From an uncultured Nitrospina sp. (GTDB lineage Bacteria; Nitrospinota; Nitrospinia; Nitrospinales; VA-1), in NCBI GenBank assembly GCA_913045445.1, contig CAJWQP010000003.1, forward strand, positions 6,860 through 70,859: a stretch of 64,000 nucleotides of DNA. The letters run 5' to 3'. The position numbers were made by a program, and so were the translations under genes. Below are positions 19,364-29,489 of this stretch, piece after piece (position 1 is the stretch's first letter; the number at the start of each line of letters is the position of its first letter). Below the pieces are notes generated by a model, which saw only the letters and a program-made list of their open reading frames with translations, was not told the origin of the DNA and did not search any database.

Positions 19364-20464
19364 GTGAAAAAAACGATATTGATGAATCCGGGTCCCGTCA
19401 ATGTGACCGACAAAGTACGAGATGCCCAGCTTCGCGGAGACTTGTGTCACCGCGAAAGAGAGTTCTCTGACCTCATGCGGTCGATCAAGGACAAACTGCT
19501 CCTGGCATTTGAAATTGGGCAGGAATATTCGGCTGTATTGATCAGTGGATCGGGAACCGCCGCTCTGGAAATGGCTGTTTCATCCTGCCTGACTCCGGGT
19601 CGTTCCTTACTGGTCATTCAAAATGGAGTGTACGGTGAGCGCATCGGGAAAATGGCAGATGTTTACCGGATGGACAAACACGCGCTGACTTACGGTTGGG
19701 GTGAACCGCCGCGGTTGGAAGAAATTGAACAGGCCTTAAAGGATAATTCTTCAATTGAAGTGATCGCCATGGTGCATCATGAAACAACAACTGGCCTGCT
19801 GAATCCACTCCCGGAAATCGCCGAGCTGGCAAAACAATATGACAAGCGGCTGGTGGTGGATTGCATAAGTAGTCTGGGCGGAGATGAGATCGACTTCAAA
19901 AAATATCCTATCGACTTCGCGGCAGGAACTGCCAATAAATGTATCCACGGACTGCCGGGCGTTTCCTTTGTTCTTCACCGAAAAAAAGATCTATGTCGAA
20001 TAAAAGATATTCCTGCTCGATCGGTATACTTTCATCTTGCGGGACATCACAAAGCCCAGGAACAGGGCGATACCCTCTTCACTCCAGCGATTCAGCCGCA
20101 CTACGCTTTGGATGCCGCACTGGACGAATTACTGGAAGAAACCGTCGCCGGACGTATCGAACATTACCGCAAGTCGGCGGCTCGTTTGCGCAATGAATTC
20201 CAGTCAATCGGCCTTGAGCTTCTTATCCCCGAAGGCCATCGGTCAAACTGCCTCACAGCATTAAAGCTTCCCGATGGTATTTCTTATGACTGGCTTCACG
20301 ACCAACTGAAGGATAATGGATTCGTCATTTACGCGGGGCAAGGTTTGTTCAATAACAAAATTTTTAGAATCGCTAACATGGGAAATATCCATAACGAGGA
20401 ATTTGACCGCTGTCTGAAAGTCCTCAAAGAATGTTTTATAACAGCTGAAAAAACCAGAGAATAA
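19364..20464 (+). CDS. phnW: Class V aminotransferase, 2-aminoethylphosphonate--pyruvate transaminase-like
   Basis: VHHETTTGLLNP, GTANKCIHGLPGVSFV (PLP lysine) and GFVIYAGQG..FRIANMGNI closely parallel PhnW as I recall it. I chose the GTG at 19364, preceded by AGGAAA, instead of the tracked start at 19298. Confidence 0.75.
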   Translation: MKKTILMNPGPVNVTDKVRDAQLRGDLCHREREFSDLMRSIKDKLLLAFEIGQEYSAVLISGSGTAALEMAVSSCLTPGRSLLVIQNGVYGERIGKMADVYRMDKHALTYGWGEPPRLEEIEQALKDNSSIEVIAMVHHETTTGLLNPLPEIAELAKQYDKRLVVDCISSLGGDEIDFKKYPIDFAAGTANKCIHGLPGVSFVLHRKKDLCRIKDIPARSVYFHLAGHHKAQEQGDTLFTPAIQPHYALDAALDELLEETVAGRIEHYRKSAARLRNEFQSIGLELLIPEGHRSNCLTALKLPDGISYDWLHDQLKDNGFVIYAGQGLFNNKIFRIANMGNIHNEEFDRCLKVLKECFITAEKTRE

Positions 20465-20468
20465 TTAT

Positions 20469-21128
20469 ATGACCCTTTACGAACTGATGAACGAATATGC
20501 AATCGCAAACCCGAGCCCGCCGGAACAGGAGAGCCGAACGCCGGAACTGGGCATGAGCTTGTCCCTTCTCCATTCAAGCCTCATCGAATGCTACCTTGAG
20601 AGTGAAGAACAGGGAGGCACGCCTCGCCTGACGGCAAGCCCCGATGACATAGAGCCATCACACCTCAGTCATTTTATCGTGGCCTTTCTACCATTTAACG
20701 CAGTCACTGAAAAATCGGAGATCAACCACGTTCTGTTTGATGTCTATTCGTTTTTCGACTGGCTTAACAAAAAAGGGATTTCTCACGGACTCGCCAACAC
20801 AGATATTTCCCAACTGGTCAAGCAACTGAGCTCCAAGCAGGAACGATGTCTCAAGCTCAGCCAGCTACTCGACAACGAATCTGGGCGAATCATGAGCGAT
20901 CCGCCAGAAATTCAAAATACGCTGAACGATATTTTTTTAGTAGAAAAAATTGACGGCTACTTTGCTTTACTCAAAGGACGTCGTCAGGAAAACATTGTAC
21001 GACTGAAACTTCCACCCGACGCTCTTCCGCTCATCAAACTGAACGACTGCCTTGATCTTACCCTTGGCGATACCTCTGAAAAATGGGTGGTGCTTGAAGC
21101 GGGACAGGTCTATCCGAAAATACAGTAA
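20469..21128 (+). CDS. Hypothetical protein
   Basis: 219-aa ORF starting 4 nt after the aminotransferase stop. I recognise no motif. Confidence 0.55.
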   Translation: MTLYELMNEYAIANPSPPEQESRTPELGMSLSLLHSSLIECYLESEEQGGTPRLTASPDDIEPSHLSHFIVAFLPFNAVTEKSEINHVLFDVYSFFDWLNKKGISHGLANTDISQLVKQLSSKQERCLKLSQLLDNESGRIMSDPPEIQNTLNDIFLVEKIDGYFALLKGRRQENIVRLKLPPDALPLIKLNDCLDLTLGDTSEKWVVLEAGQVYPKIQ

Positions 21129-21148
21129 AAATAACTCTTGGAATAATT

Positions 21149-24100
21149 TTAACGATAATCGCCTGTCAGGTTAAACCCTGCCCAGTATGAAGGATGTGGG
21201 TAAAGACGCTTGACCAGCAACTGAGCCTTGCGCAAACTTTCTGCTTTGTTGCTTTCAGTGTAGTTACGATAGAAATGTTTGATAAGCACCGCTGTAGAAA
21301 TATCACTCACCCTCCAGAGTGATGAAAGAATGGAATGGGTCCCCGCATAAATAAAAGCCCTGTTGAGTCCCACCAGTTCATCGCCCCCTGTGATCTCTCC
21401 TAATCCGGTTTGGCACGCGCTTAAGGTTACAAGATCGGCTTTGATATCGAGTGAAAAAACTTCGTTCACTTCAAAATTACCATCGGCGGCTTCATCACGG
21501 GTGAGTTTCAATGCAGAAAACAACGGATTAACAGGATCAAACTCTCCATGTGAGCTTATGTGAATTATCTGGTACTCGCTTATATGCTCCTGCAACCAAC
21601 TTTCGCTGGCCTTGTCCCGCGTGAGAACATCTGTCTGTGGAAAATCCCATTTTATTGCATTGACTTCCATCTCCGCTAAAGGCAAATCGTAATTAAAATC
21701 TCCTAAATCCGGATTCCCTAACGCCAGCACTTTGGTGTCTCCACTCTTGTCATACTTACGGGCAAAGGTGAACTTCAGAACAGACGCGCTTGGCGAATAA
21801 AAAAGCGGGTGTTTTTCAACCAGGTAACTTTCACCATCGGTTAATGAAGCAAAAGAAATATAATGCAGATGACCATGAGGGACGATTCCAACGGCCCTTT
21901 TATTTTCGATAAGTAATTGGATGGGCGAGATCAACAGCTCATGCAGTTTTCGCGCCTGATCATCCAGCGGTGCCAGGTTCTGCATGCGATTGCGATAATC
22001 ATGAATCAAAATGTTCAGTTCTTTTTCTTTGACCGGAATCCGCCTGACTTCTATCTTCCCTCCTTTCACCACCCAGGCGACTAACTCATTTTCAGTGACC
22101 AGATATTCAACAAGCGCGATAGACTCGCCAAGAAGCTCATGAAGTTCTTTTAGCTTAATGGATTCAACAGTAACAAAACTTGAAATTTCAGGATTTTGTT
22201 CCTTGGCTTCAATCAGCAGGTCTTGGTAGTGGTTTCGTCCTCCGACAAGGTTTTCTGCAAATCGGGCGATTTCTGTCTCATCGTCCCTGGCTCTTGCAGT
22301 CCCCAAAGCTTCTTCAGCAAGCCTTATCGCCTTCTTCTGAGCTGTTAACCGGTCATAAAGTTTTTGACTGACATCGTTTTTCAAATTGATCTTTTGGTTA
22401 CCCAGCAGATCGATAAAACTTCTCGACTTGGCTCTTTCAGCAAATTCAAAAGATTCCTCGATGCTTTCGGTATCCAGAAGAAGCAGGACAAGTTCCTTGT
22501 ATACGTCTTGTTTGTCAGTGAGGAATCCGTTTTGAAACTCTTCCACCTTGATGGATGCCCTCATGCGATCAACGACCTTAACCGCCTTCTTATAAACTTC
22601 AACAGCGGCAATTCTATCTTCCAGTTTAACCAACGCAAAGCCTTCACCTCTTAGCGCACGCCATAACACTTCAAGAACGTTCAGGCGCTCAGCCATGTCA
22701 CGTGTTTCTTTAAAATGCGCCGCCGCTTTTTTCCATTGACCTCGCTTGAGGGAAAGGTTTCCCAATTCGAGCATGGACTTAACCAGGTTAGTTCGATTAC
22801 CGATGTCACTACTGAGATCGACCGCCTGAACAATATGTATCTCGGCTTCATCAAGATTTCCGAGACGCATATAACTCATGCCAAGGTTGCGATGGGTGTA
22901 GCCCTGCCCCCATTTTGACTTCAACTGGATATCACGTTCTAATGCCAGATTAAAAAATTTAATAGACTCTTCATAGCGTTTGTCTTTTCGGTGCACCAAT
23001 CCAATGTTGTTGTAGGCCGTGGCGACATCCAGCACAGACTGAACTTTTCCCGCAAGCTTCAGACTGCGTTGGAGATGAGTGAGGGCACGCTTGGAATCGT
23101 TGAGAGTCCAGTAAATAAGCCCCAGTGTGTTCTGAATAAAAGCCTGTTGCCTTTGATCGCCGGTAGACACGGCGATTTCCCAGGCTTCTTTTTGCAAACG
23201 AAATGCCTGCTGATAGTTCCCCTGGAACCAATGAGAGTTGGCCTGGTACAATAATGCCTTTGACAAGCCCGGTTTTAACTCCGACTTTTCAGTCAACGCC
23301 TGAGCCTGTTTATAAAATTCCAGCGCACGGGGGAAATCTCCTTCCTTTTCCGAGACCAGCCCCAACTCTAACAACGTTTCGGCTCTTTGTTCTGGTTGCT
23401 CTAACTGAGCGAACAGTTCGTTTGCTTCCGTAAAATATTTTCTGGCCTCGCCATAACGACTGAGCCGCAGATAATAGATTCTACCAATTCGTCTTAATTC
23501 GCGCCCACGATTAATGTCTTCCCCGATATCCTCGCTGATCTTCATCGAAGCGGTAAACGCTTCCAGTGCGCGGTCATAATCCAGCGCGTTCTCTTCAATA
23601 ATACCCAGAGTACTGTAGCTCTCAGCCAACTGATCCAGTATTTCATTTTCCTCGTAGATATTGAGAGCCTGCTTCAAATGATCCACAGCAGAATCAAATT
23701 CCTCAGCCCTTGAATATAGAATGCCCAGAAAGTAATGAGACTCCGCAAGCGCTTCAGGGTCTTCCTTCTTATTCATAATTGAGAAAACCGCTTTTTGATA
23801 ATGAATCGCTTTTGTGTAGTCTCCGTTGTTGTACGCGGCCTGTGAAAGTTTTTTATATATTTTTTCAGCGAAATCTTTTTTGTCCAGATAATCAAGAAGC
23901 ACCAGCGCTTTTTCAAATTGGTCTATCGCCACGAGCCAGTTACGCTGGGCAAACGCACCGGCACCCTGCTTCGCATTGACCATGAAATGCTCTTCCGCAA
24001 AGTCGCTTTTTTCTTCATCGCTCATTCCGGGAAAACCGTAGTACCGGTATCCTGCCCACATAAAATTATCAGGATGCCGTTTCGCTAATTCCTGTTGCGT

Positions 24101-27100
24101 GAGACGCAAAGATTCAGCCGGGCTCATCTTTCTAAAATTCTCGTAAAACAATTCCATGAAATCTTTTTCTATTTGCGAATCGAAAGATCCCGTCCGCAAT
24201 AAAATCCCGGGATATCCCTTGAATGACAATCCGGCAGTCAGAAGCGCGGTTGGAGAGAGGCTTATATCGGGATGGAATTCAGTGGTCACATCCGTCATAG
24301 CTATGAAGTGACCTGACAGCGATTGGGAAAATAAATCAGAAAGATTCAATCGCTCAAACTGACTCTTTCCGCGAGTGAGATTGATAAAGGAAATACGCGG
24401 ATCATGTCGTATCATCCTGACCGGGCTTCCCACATGAATCACTCCAAAGCTAGGCCAACGAGTTTTGAATGCCTCTACTTTGGCATTGGCGCCTGACATG
24501 GATTGCGTGGAAGTGAATACTGAAGCAGCTTTTTCGGAAATCGATTCTTCTACTGCTAAAAAACGCGAGTTGTATAGATTTTTTAAAGACTCTGCTGACC
24601 GAAATTGTTCCAGCGAAGAAATAAAGGTAACGGGGACCGATTCGATCAACCTTCGTCCATCAATCTGCAAAGCGGCCCAGGGAAGAAGCTCCAACTCCCC
24701 ATCGGCGAGTAAAATGAGCGACTTTGATGCGTTCACTTTTTCTCCAACCAGACGAAAAAGAACTTGCGAAAGGTATTCAACGTCAGCTGTGGCAACCTGT
24801 CCCGTGCCCCGCCCCAATCGCCTGATGGTTTCTGTCAATCGTTTGTCCAATGGCACCAAACCTCCACGCATTGAATCGGGACCCACTTCCCAGATTAAAA
24901 TACTGTCGCGCACGGTTTGGTATTTTATCAAAACTTCATTTTCACGAAGAAGGCTTTGTATCTCTTCAATCATGGGGACAGTTGCTGAGTAAAGAGCGAC
25001 CAGTTGTGAGTCATCCTCACGCGCCATCTCAAGAAACTCCGCGTACTCCTCCAGCAAAGCATCTTCTTCTTCCTGCGATGCAGTCTCGCTTGCCTGTTTG
25101 GAATAACTAAGGAATGCCTCCTGATACGCCACTCGGTCCTCGCTGGAAAACAGGGGTTCAGGCCTCAGCCTCACAAGCAGTTGTTGCCTCCCCTTCTCAG
25201 AGTAATTGAGCGCCTCGGTAAACCTTCTCTCCTTAAACAGCGCTCCAGTGATCGCCTGATACAAATCCTCCTGCATTCCAAGAAGCGCTTTTTCATTTGA
25301 ATTCCATTGCGGAGGTTGTTGCGAAAATAACTGCTCAGACTCCATCAACAGCTTTAACCTGTTTTCACCCGCCACCATCAAAGCCTGGAGGTAAAGGAGT
25401 TGCCATTGCCGACCTGCCGGGTAAATTTTCTCTGGAGATTCTGTCGTATTTCCAGCCAGATACTTAGTGAGCTCAAGGTTGTGACGCAAGGTCGGTTCAT
25501 AAGGTTCTTTTGGTAAATTGCTTTGCTCTAAAAGAATTAAAGCATCGCGAAACCTTCGAATGGATTTCTCCATCCATCCTTGTTCCTGCTTCAACGCATT
25601 CAAAGAATTAATTAAACTTAGTTTTTCATCCGCATGGGGCATTGAATTGGCTGGAACATGAAATGCCAGGTAGTGGTATAAAATACCAAGGAAGTTTTTT
25701 ATAAGGACGGGATACTTAGAAGCAACCACTGTTTTATTTTCTGCGGGTCGAATCGATTCCAACAAACTGGCGGCGTCCTCGATTTCTTTCTGCAATGATC
25801 CGATTGGCAAAATGCGACAACGAGTCAGTACTGCACGTCCTATATTTGCGGCGTTAACCATTATTCCATGCCGATTATTCAATTGACCGCTGAGATCATA
25901 GGACTTGCGAAAATAATCCAGACTCTTTTCGTATTTTCCCGACAGGTACAGATAGTTCCCTATCTGGTTCAGGAGAAGCGCTTTTTCTAAAAGGATGGGT
26001 ATGTTTTTTTCCGGGTCCAGATTTTCCGGAATAAACGCAAGTTTCTTTTTGAAATAATCCACCGCCTGATCGTACTCACCAAAATCACCATATATCTTGC
26101 CAATGTAGTGAAAGATAAGTTTCTGTTCGCCCTCCTTGTCAAATCCATAAGCAGCGGCTGTGGAATCGCTTCCCAGTCCGGCCTGGATATCTATATCCAG
26201 AAGCGCTGTCTTCTCTTTATCCTTCTTAACGAGGCCAAACTTTTCCAGATTTTCTATCGCTTTAAAATAATGGCCCAAAGCCTCATTCATCGTTTGCGTA
26301 GCATCAACACTCCCCTGGCTCAAGTCATAAAGGTTGTTAGCAATATTTCTAAGCGTTCTGGAAAATGAAACCTGATTCCCTGTCTGACGATGAAGCTCCA
26401 GAGTTCGCGAAAAAAATTCGACCGCCTTCTCATGCTCCCCCTTGTCCTGCCAGGCGAGGGCAATGCGATCATTGAGTTCTGCCATGCGCTGAAGTTCCTT
26501 TTTTCCTTCAGCGATCTTCAATGCTTTTTTAAACTGCGCCACCGCTTTGAGAGGGAAACCTGCTTTGAAAGCGCTTTCAGCATAGCGTTGATGAAATATT
26601 GCTTTCCGGTTCACATCATAAAAAGGGCGTTCTGTCTGTGCGCGTTCTCTATAGTAGTGGTAAGCAGTGAATGAATTATTGAGCAGGTAATGCCCGTTCC
26701 CCAGGTTCAACAACAGATTGGCCTCATTTTCAGGATCGGATTTTTCATCATTGAGCGCGAGAGCGACCTGGTATTCGTGGAGCGTGCGTTCCAGATATCC
26801 TTCGCCACTGGCCTGCCGTTCTTTCTGCTCGTAGACCCAGCCCAAAGTCTGATGAAAAAACACCTGTTGCGCGTTTAGCCCTAACGCAAGGGAAATTTCT
26901 TTCTCTGCCGCATCCAGATCAGGCGGACTCAAATAGGTGTAGGCCAGGCCAATCGCATAATGATCCACCGCCGATGATGGGCTGTTTTTCAATCGACTCT
27001 CATAAAACTCTATCGCCTTGTCTATTCTTTTAAGAGCTGAACTGGCTTCGACATGTCCTCTATGGCCTTCTACCGTTTCTGGACTGTGTTCGATGATTTT

Positions 27101-29164
27101 AAGAAAAGTCTTCAGGGCCAATTTTGTCTCGCCGACCCTCAGTTCCCATTTTCCTTTTTCGATGGCTTTAAGAACCCAGCCCTTTTGAGCAATCTGGCGG
27201 TTGGCTTGAATAGTTTCAGAGGCGTTGGCAACTTCTTGAAACACGCTCAAGCTTTTATCATAGTTCTCCTCTTCAGAGTAAATGTTTGCCAACGAAACCA
27301 GGGCCTTGAATCGGGCAGAAGACATATCGGAATAGCTTTCGACCGTCTTCCGATATGCTTCCTTCGCCAGTAGATTTTCACCGCTCAGGTAATACAATTC
27401 TCCAATTCTGTTTTGGACTGCCGCAGTCAAACGCATCGGCTCTTTGTATTTCTTAATAACAGCGTTCAGGCTGGACACCTTCTTCTCAAGCCTTGGACTG
27501 GACTCGAAAAGCTTGAAAATTTCATCTATGGATTTATTCGACCATTTTGCCACATCATTATAATCACGAACCACCTGCACGTAATTATCTACCAACCGTT
27601 CGCGGTCACCCACCAGAGAGTAAACCTTGCCGCGCGCATATGCGGCCTGAGCGGCCACATATCTGATTTTTGAGAATCCGGTTATTACCTTGTTATACCA
27701 GGCCAGAGCTTGCTCGGGTTGGTCCAGCATGAAGTTCAGGTTTCCCGACTCAAGTAAAGCACGGGCCACAACCTGAGCATGATTTTGATACCGCCCGGAA
27801 ATTTTTTCCAGGCTCAGCAAACCTTCTTTAATTTTGTTCTTATATGCCGTAGGACCATCGCTTTGAGATTCTTCCACACGCAAAAGCAAATGCTCAATTT
27901 CAGCCAACCCCTTATACAGTGAACCCTGTTGCAGAGTTTCAATCATCTCAGCATAGATACTCTGCGCTGACGACCCATGCCCCAGTTCCTGATAACCGCG
28001 AGCCATTCGGTATTGGATGCGCGGAAGTTCCTCTTCACCAGAAAATTGGAGCAAAAGGTTATTGAACCGCAGAAGACATCTATAGGAAGAGGACTCCTCC
28101 GGACAGGCAGAGGCAACTGCTTTCAACTCGGCCTCGTAACTGGATGACCGACCGCCCTCCAACTCTGGTGATAAAATTTGCCAGATGTCTATATTGTTTT
28201 TGGAGTCGGATGTATATATGACCTTTCCCTTCCCTGCTGAGACAGGAAGAAGATCATAGCTGGAACTATCCGTTAACTGCTGGAAAACTCCAGCGGACTT
28301 GCCATCAAACTGGACACTCCAGATATTGGGTCGATCATCAATAGTGAGTTGACCATCCAAATCAGTATCATCCTGATAACGAACAAAAAGAATCGATTTA
28401 CTGTCAGAGGTCCACCGTGGAGTGGCTTCTATAAAAGTTCCAGGAGAAAACGAAGTGAGACGAATATGGGTTCCTGATTGCATATCCATAACCCATATGC
28501 CAGCCTTTTCACCTGTTCCCAAATAGGCAAGAAAACGATTGTCGGGAGAAATGGATGGATTCAATCCATCCGCCCCAGGAACTGCTGACTTTTCTCCGGT
28601 CGCTATCTCTACTTTGAACACAGCTTTTCGTTTTGATTCTGGATTCAGCGAAGCGAAATAAATAAATTCCCCATCTGGCGACCAGGTGGGGTCCGTGTCC
28701 GGCGATTCAACTGTAGTGAGGCGGGTGAGCGCTGATTCGGGGTTTTCTACCGTCAGTTTTTCAATATCGAGGATGTAGATATCGCCCTTGGGGTCCGAAC
28801 GGTGAGAAACAAAAGCAATACGTTTGCCATCGGGAGCGAACGAGGGTGATGTGTCTGACGCACTGTGAAATGTAAGTTGCCTGTCTGGTGGATGAACACC
28901 GGGCCCCAGCGATTTCAACCAGATATCCAGGTTTCCCGATTGATCGGAAGCATAAACGAGAGTCGTTCCATCAACAGACACGGAAGGTGCAAAATCTTCT
29001 CCCGGATTGGATGTTATCTGAACAAGCGTTACCTGAGCAGGTGCTACCTGAGCAAACCTATCAAACGCATTGGCGGTTTGTATTCCAAAGAAGAAAAAAC
29101 CGGTCAAACAGAAAGTCAGAATCAAGGCCGCACATAGTTTTTCTGAATTTTGATCAGGGAGCAT
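21149..29164 (-). CDS. Giant exported TolB-like beta-propeller / TPR / degenerate CHAT / TPR / CHAT protease-family protein
   Basis: Single 8016-nt ORF with a signal peptide (..QTANA/FD). PD40-type repeats (SPSFAPDGKRIAF, DPTWSPDGEFIYF) span about 28180-29040. Two long TPR arrays follow. The C-terminal CHAT has IIHISSHGEF and VTLSACQTG. The internal CHAT-like copy lacks both catalytic residues. Confidence 0.85.
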   Translation of the reverse strand: MLPDQNSEKLCAALILTFCLTGFFFFGIQTANAFDRFAQVAPAQVTLVQITSNPGEDFAPSVSVDGTTLVYASDQSGNLDIWLKSLGPGVHPPDRQLTFHSASDTSPSFAPDGKRIAFVSHRSDPKGDIYILDIEKLTVENPESALTRLTTVESPDTDPTWSPDGEFIYFASLNPESKRKAVFKVEIATGEKSAVPGADGLNPSISPDNRFLAYLGTGEKAGIWVMDMQSGTHIRLTSFSPGTFIEATPRWTSDSKSILFVRYQDDTDLDGQLTIDDRPNIWSVQFDGKSAGVFQQLTDSSSYDLLPVSAGKGKVIYTSDSKNNIDIWQILSPELEGGRSSSYEAELKAVASACPEESSSYRCLLRFNNLLLQFSGEEELPRIQYRMARGYQELGHGSSAQSIYAEMIETLQQGSLYKGLAEIEHLLLRVEESQSDGPTAYKNKIKEGLLSLEKISGRYQNHAQVVARALLESGNLNFMLDQPEQALAWYNKVITGFSKIRYVAAQAAYARGKVYSLVGDRERLVDNYVQVVRDYNDVAKWSNKSIDEIFKLFESSPRLEKKVSSLNAVIKKYKEPMRLTAAVQNRIGELYYLSGENLLAKEAYRKTVESYSDMSSARFKALVSLANIYSEEENYDKSLSVFQEVANASETIQANRQIAQKGWVLKAIEKGKWELRVGETKLALKTFLKIIEHSPETVEGHRGHVEASSALKRIDKAIEFYESRLKNSPSSAVDHYAIGLAYTYLSPPDLDAAEKEISLALGLNAQQVFFHQTLGWVYEQKERQASGEGYLERTLHEYQVALALNDEKSDPENEANLLLNLGNGHYLLNNSFTAYHYYRERAQTERPFYDVNRKAIFHQRYAESAFKAGFPLKAVAQFKKALKIAEGKKELQRMAELNDRIALAWQDKGEHEKAVEFFSRTLELHRQTGNQVSFSRTLRNIANNLYDLSQGSVDATQTMNEALGHYFKAIENLEKFGLVKKDKEKTALLDIDIQAGLGSDSTAAAYGFDKEGEQKLIFHYIGKIYGDFGEYDQAVDYFKKKLAFIPENLDPEKNIPILLEKALLLNQIGNYLYLSGKYEKSLDYFRKSYDLSGQLNNRHGIMVNAANIGRAVLTRCRILPIGSLQKEIEDAASLLESIRPAENKTVVASKYPVLIKNFLGILYHYLAFHVPANSMPHADEKLSLINSLNALKQEQGWMEKSIRRFRDALILLEQSNLPKEPYEPTLRHNLELTKYLAGNTTESPEKIYPAGRQWQLLYLQALMVAGENRLKLLMESEQLFSQQPPQWNSNEKALLGMQEDLYQAITGALFKERRFTEALNYSEKGRQQLLVRLRPEPLFSSEDRVAYQEAFLSYSKQASETASQEEEDALLEEYAEFLEMAREDDSQLVALYSATVPMIEEIQSLLRENEVLIKYQTVRDSILIWEVGPDSMRGGLVPLDKRLTETIRRLGRGTGQVATADVEYLSQVLFRLVGEKVNASKSLILLADGELELLPWAALQIDGRRLIESVPVTFISSLEQFRSAESLKNLYNSRFLAVEESISEKAASVFTSTQSMSGANAKVEAFKTRWPSFGVIHVGSPVRMIRHDPRISFINLTRGKSQFERLNLSDLFSQSLSGHFIAMTDVTTEFHPDISLSPTALLTAGLSFKGYPGILLRTGSFDSQIEKDFMELFYENFRKMSPAESLRLTQQELAKRHPDNFMWAGYRYYGFPGMSDEEKSDFAEEHFMVNAKQGAGAFAQRNWLVAIDQFEKALVLLDYLDKKDFAEKIYKKLSQAAYNNGDYTKAIHYQKAVFSIMNKKEDPEALAESHYFLGILYSRAEEFDSAVDHLKQALNIYEENEILDQLAESYSTLGIIEENALDYDRALEAFTASMKISEDIGEDINRGRELRRIGRIYYLRLSRYGEARKYFTEANELFAQLEQPEQRAETLLELGLVSEKEGDFPRALEFYKQAQALTEKSELKPGLSKALLYQANSHWFQGNYQQAFRLQKEAWEIAVSTGDQRQQAFIQNTLGLIYWTLNDSKRALTHLQRSLKLAGKVQSVLDVATAYNNIGLVHRKDKRYEESIKFFNLALERDIQLKSKWGQGYTHRNLGMSYMRLGNLDEAEIHIVQAVDLSSDIGNRTNLVKSMLELGNLSLKRGQWKKAAAHFKETRDMAERLNVLEVLWRALRGEGFALVKLEDRIAAVEVYKKAVKVVDRMRASIKVEEFQNGFLTDKQDVYKELVLLLLDTESIEESFEFAERAKSRSFIDLLGNQKINLKNDVSQKLYDRLTAQKKAIRLAEEALGTARARDDETEIARFAENLVGGRNHYQDLLIEAKEQNPEISSFVTVESIKLKELHELLGESIALVEYLVTENELVAWVVKGGKIEVRRIPVKEKELNILIHDYRNRMQNLAPLDDQARKLHELLISPIQLLIENKRAVGIVPHGHLHYISFASLTDGESYLVEKHPLFYSPSASVLKFTFARKYDKSGDTKVLALGNPDLGDFNYDLPLAEMEVNAIKWDFPQTDVLTRDKASESWLQEHISEYQIIHISSHGEFDPVNPLFSALKLTRDEAADGNFEVNEVFSLDIKADLVTLSACQTGLGEITGGDELVGLNRAFIYAGTHSILSSLWRVSDISTAVLIKHFYRNYTESNKAESLRKAQLLVKRLYPHPSYWAGFNLTGDYR

Positions 29165-29489
29165 ATAAATCCAACCGATTTCAAAAGAGAACCATTTTGA
29201 TAAACTACCCCATTATACAGCAAACTTGAGAGTAGCAAAAAAATGGAACCCCTGTAGCCCGACAAACCCCATGGCCCACAAAATATTGATTTTAAAAGCC
29301 CCGTTAGATACAAAACGGCTCTTCGCCAAAAAAAACGAGCGCCCGCAAGCGCTAGAAAAGCGCAGAGAGGGGTCTAGAAAACATTCACTTGAAAAAAGCG
29401 ATGAAATGCTTTAAAAGTCCCAATAATAGTGGGAAATCGGGTAGAATGCGTTTTTTCTGATGAAACTGTCGCTAAAGTAGGTCGCAACT

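Noticed and set aside
21149-29164. Link of the TPR-CHAT protein to type III-E CRISPR (Craspase)
   Set aside because: No CRISPR repeats and no cas or gRAMP genes occur anywhere in the window. The protein has a signal peptide and a TolB-like propeller, which is incompatible with a cytoplasmic Cas partner.
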